Assembly: GCA_963667565.1 (NCBI GenBank)
Contig: OY763415.1
Coordinates: 256,001 to 320,000 of the forward strand
Direction of reading: 5' to 3'
Length of the DNA stretch: 64,000 nt
From: Acholeplasmataceae bacterium
GTDB lineage: Bacteria; Bacillota_I; Bacilli_A; Acholeplasmatales; Acholeplasmataceae
Shown: piece by piece, positions 63,956 through 64,000 of the stretch
How the letters are laid out: each line of letters opens with the position of its first letter
Numbering within the stretch: position 1 is the stretch's first letter
The notes under the pieces: generated by a model
What the model saw: only the letters and a program-made list of their open reading frames with translations
What the model was told of the DNA's origin: nothing
Databases searched by the model: none
Program-made: the position numbers and the translations under genes

Positions 63956-64000
63956 GATTTTAGTTGCAAACAGAGGCGAAATTGCTGTAAGAGTTATTCG
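63945..64000 (+). CDS. accC: Biotin carboxylase, 3'-truncated by window edge
   Basis: MKRKILVANRGEIAVRVI. Confidence 0.9.
   Translation, partial: MKRKILVANRGEIAVRVI

Overview
Low-GC bacterial chromosome segment read with genetic code 11 (Trp=TGG; TGA is used as a stop, e.g. ffh). It has Firmicute-type gene order and sigma-A extended -10 promoters, and looks most like an Acholeplasmatales-type mollicute or a related reduced Bacilli lineage (inference from gene content and composition). Most of the window is housekeeping: phoH-ybeY-cdd-era-recO-glyQS-dnaG-rpoD-trmK, ftsK-lepB-rbgA-rnhB, topA, tpx, ftsY-ylxM-ffh, polA-mutM-coaE-dnaB-dnaI, T-box-thrS, ptsI, gcvT-H-PA-PB, gpmI, FMN riboswitch-ribU, eno, class I aldolase, accB-accC. 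A decayed AT-rich islet follows tRNA-Arg(UCU). The standout is an apparent single operon at about 46.9-53.2 kb: MsrQ/ferric-reductase-like membrane protein, 62-aa membrane peptide, cydA, cydB, rnfD, rnfG, rnfE, rnfA (frameshifted), short rnfB, and no rnfC. CydA keeps its heme ligands but has lost nearly the whole quinol-binding Q-loop. RnfD has lost its flavinylation motif, while RnfG, RnfE, RnfA and RnfB keep their cofactor motifs. This suggests a rewired, possibly quinone-independent Rnf-to-cytochrome-bd electron chain (hypothesis). Other candidates are a ~107-nt C-rich sRNA after topA, an attenuator before an ABC exporter, DnaA boxes before polA, and FabT-like and cre-like operators.
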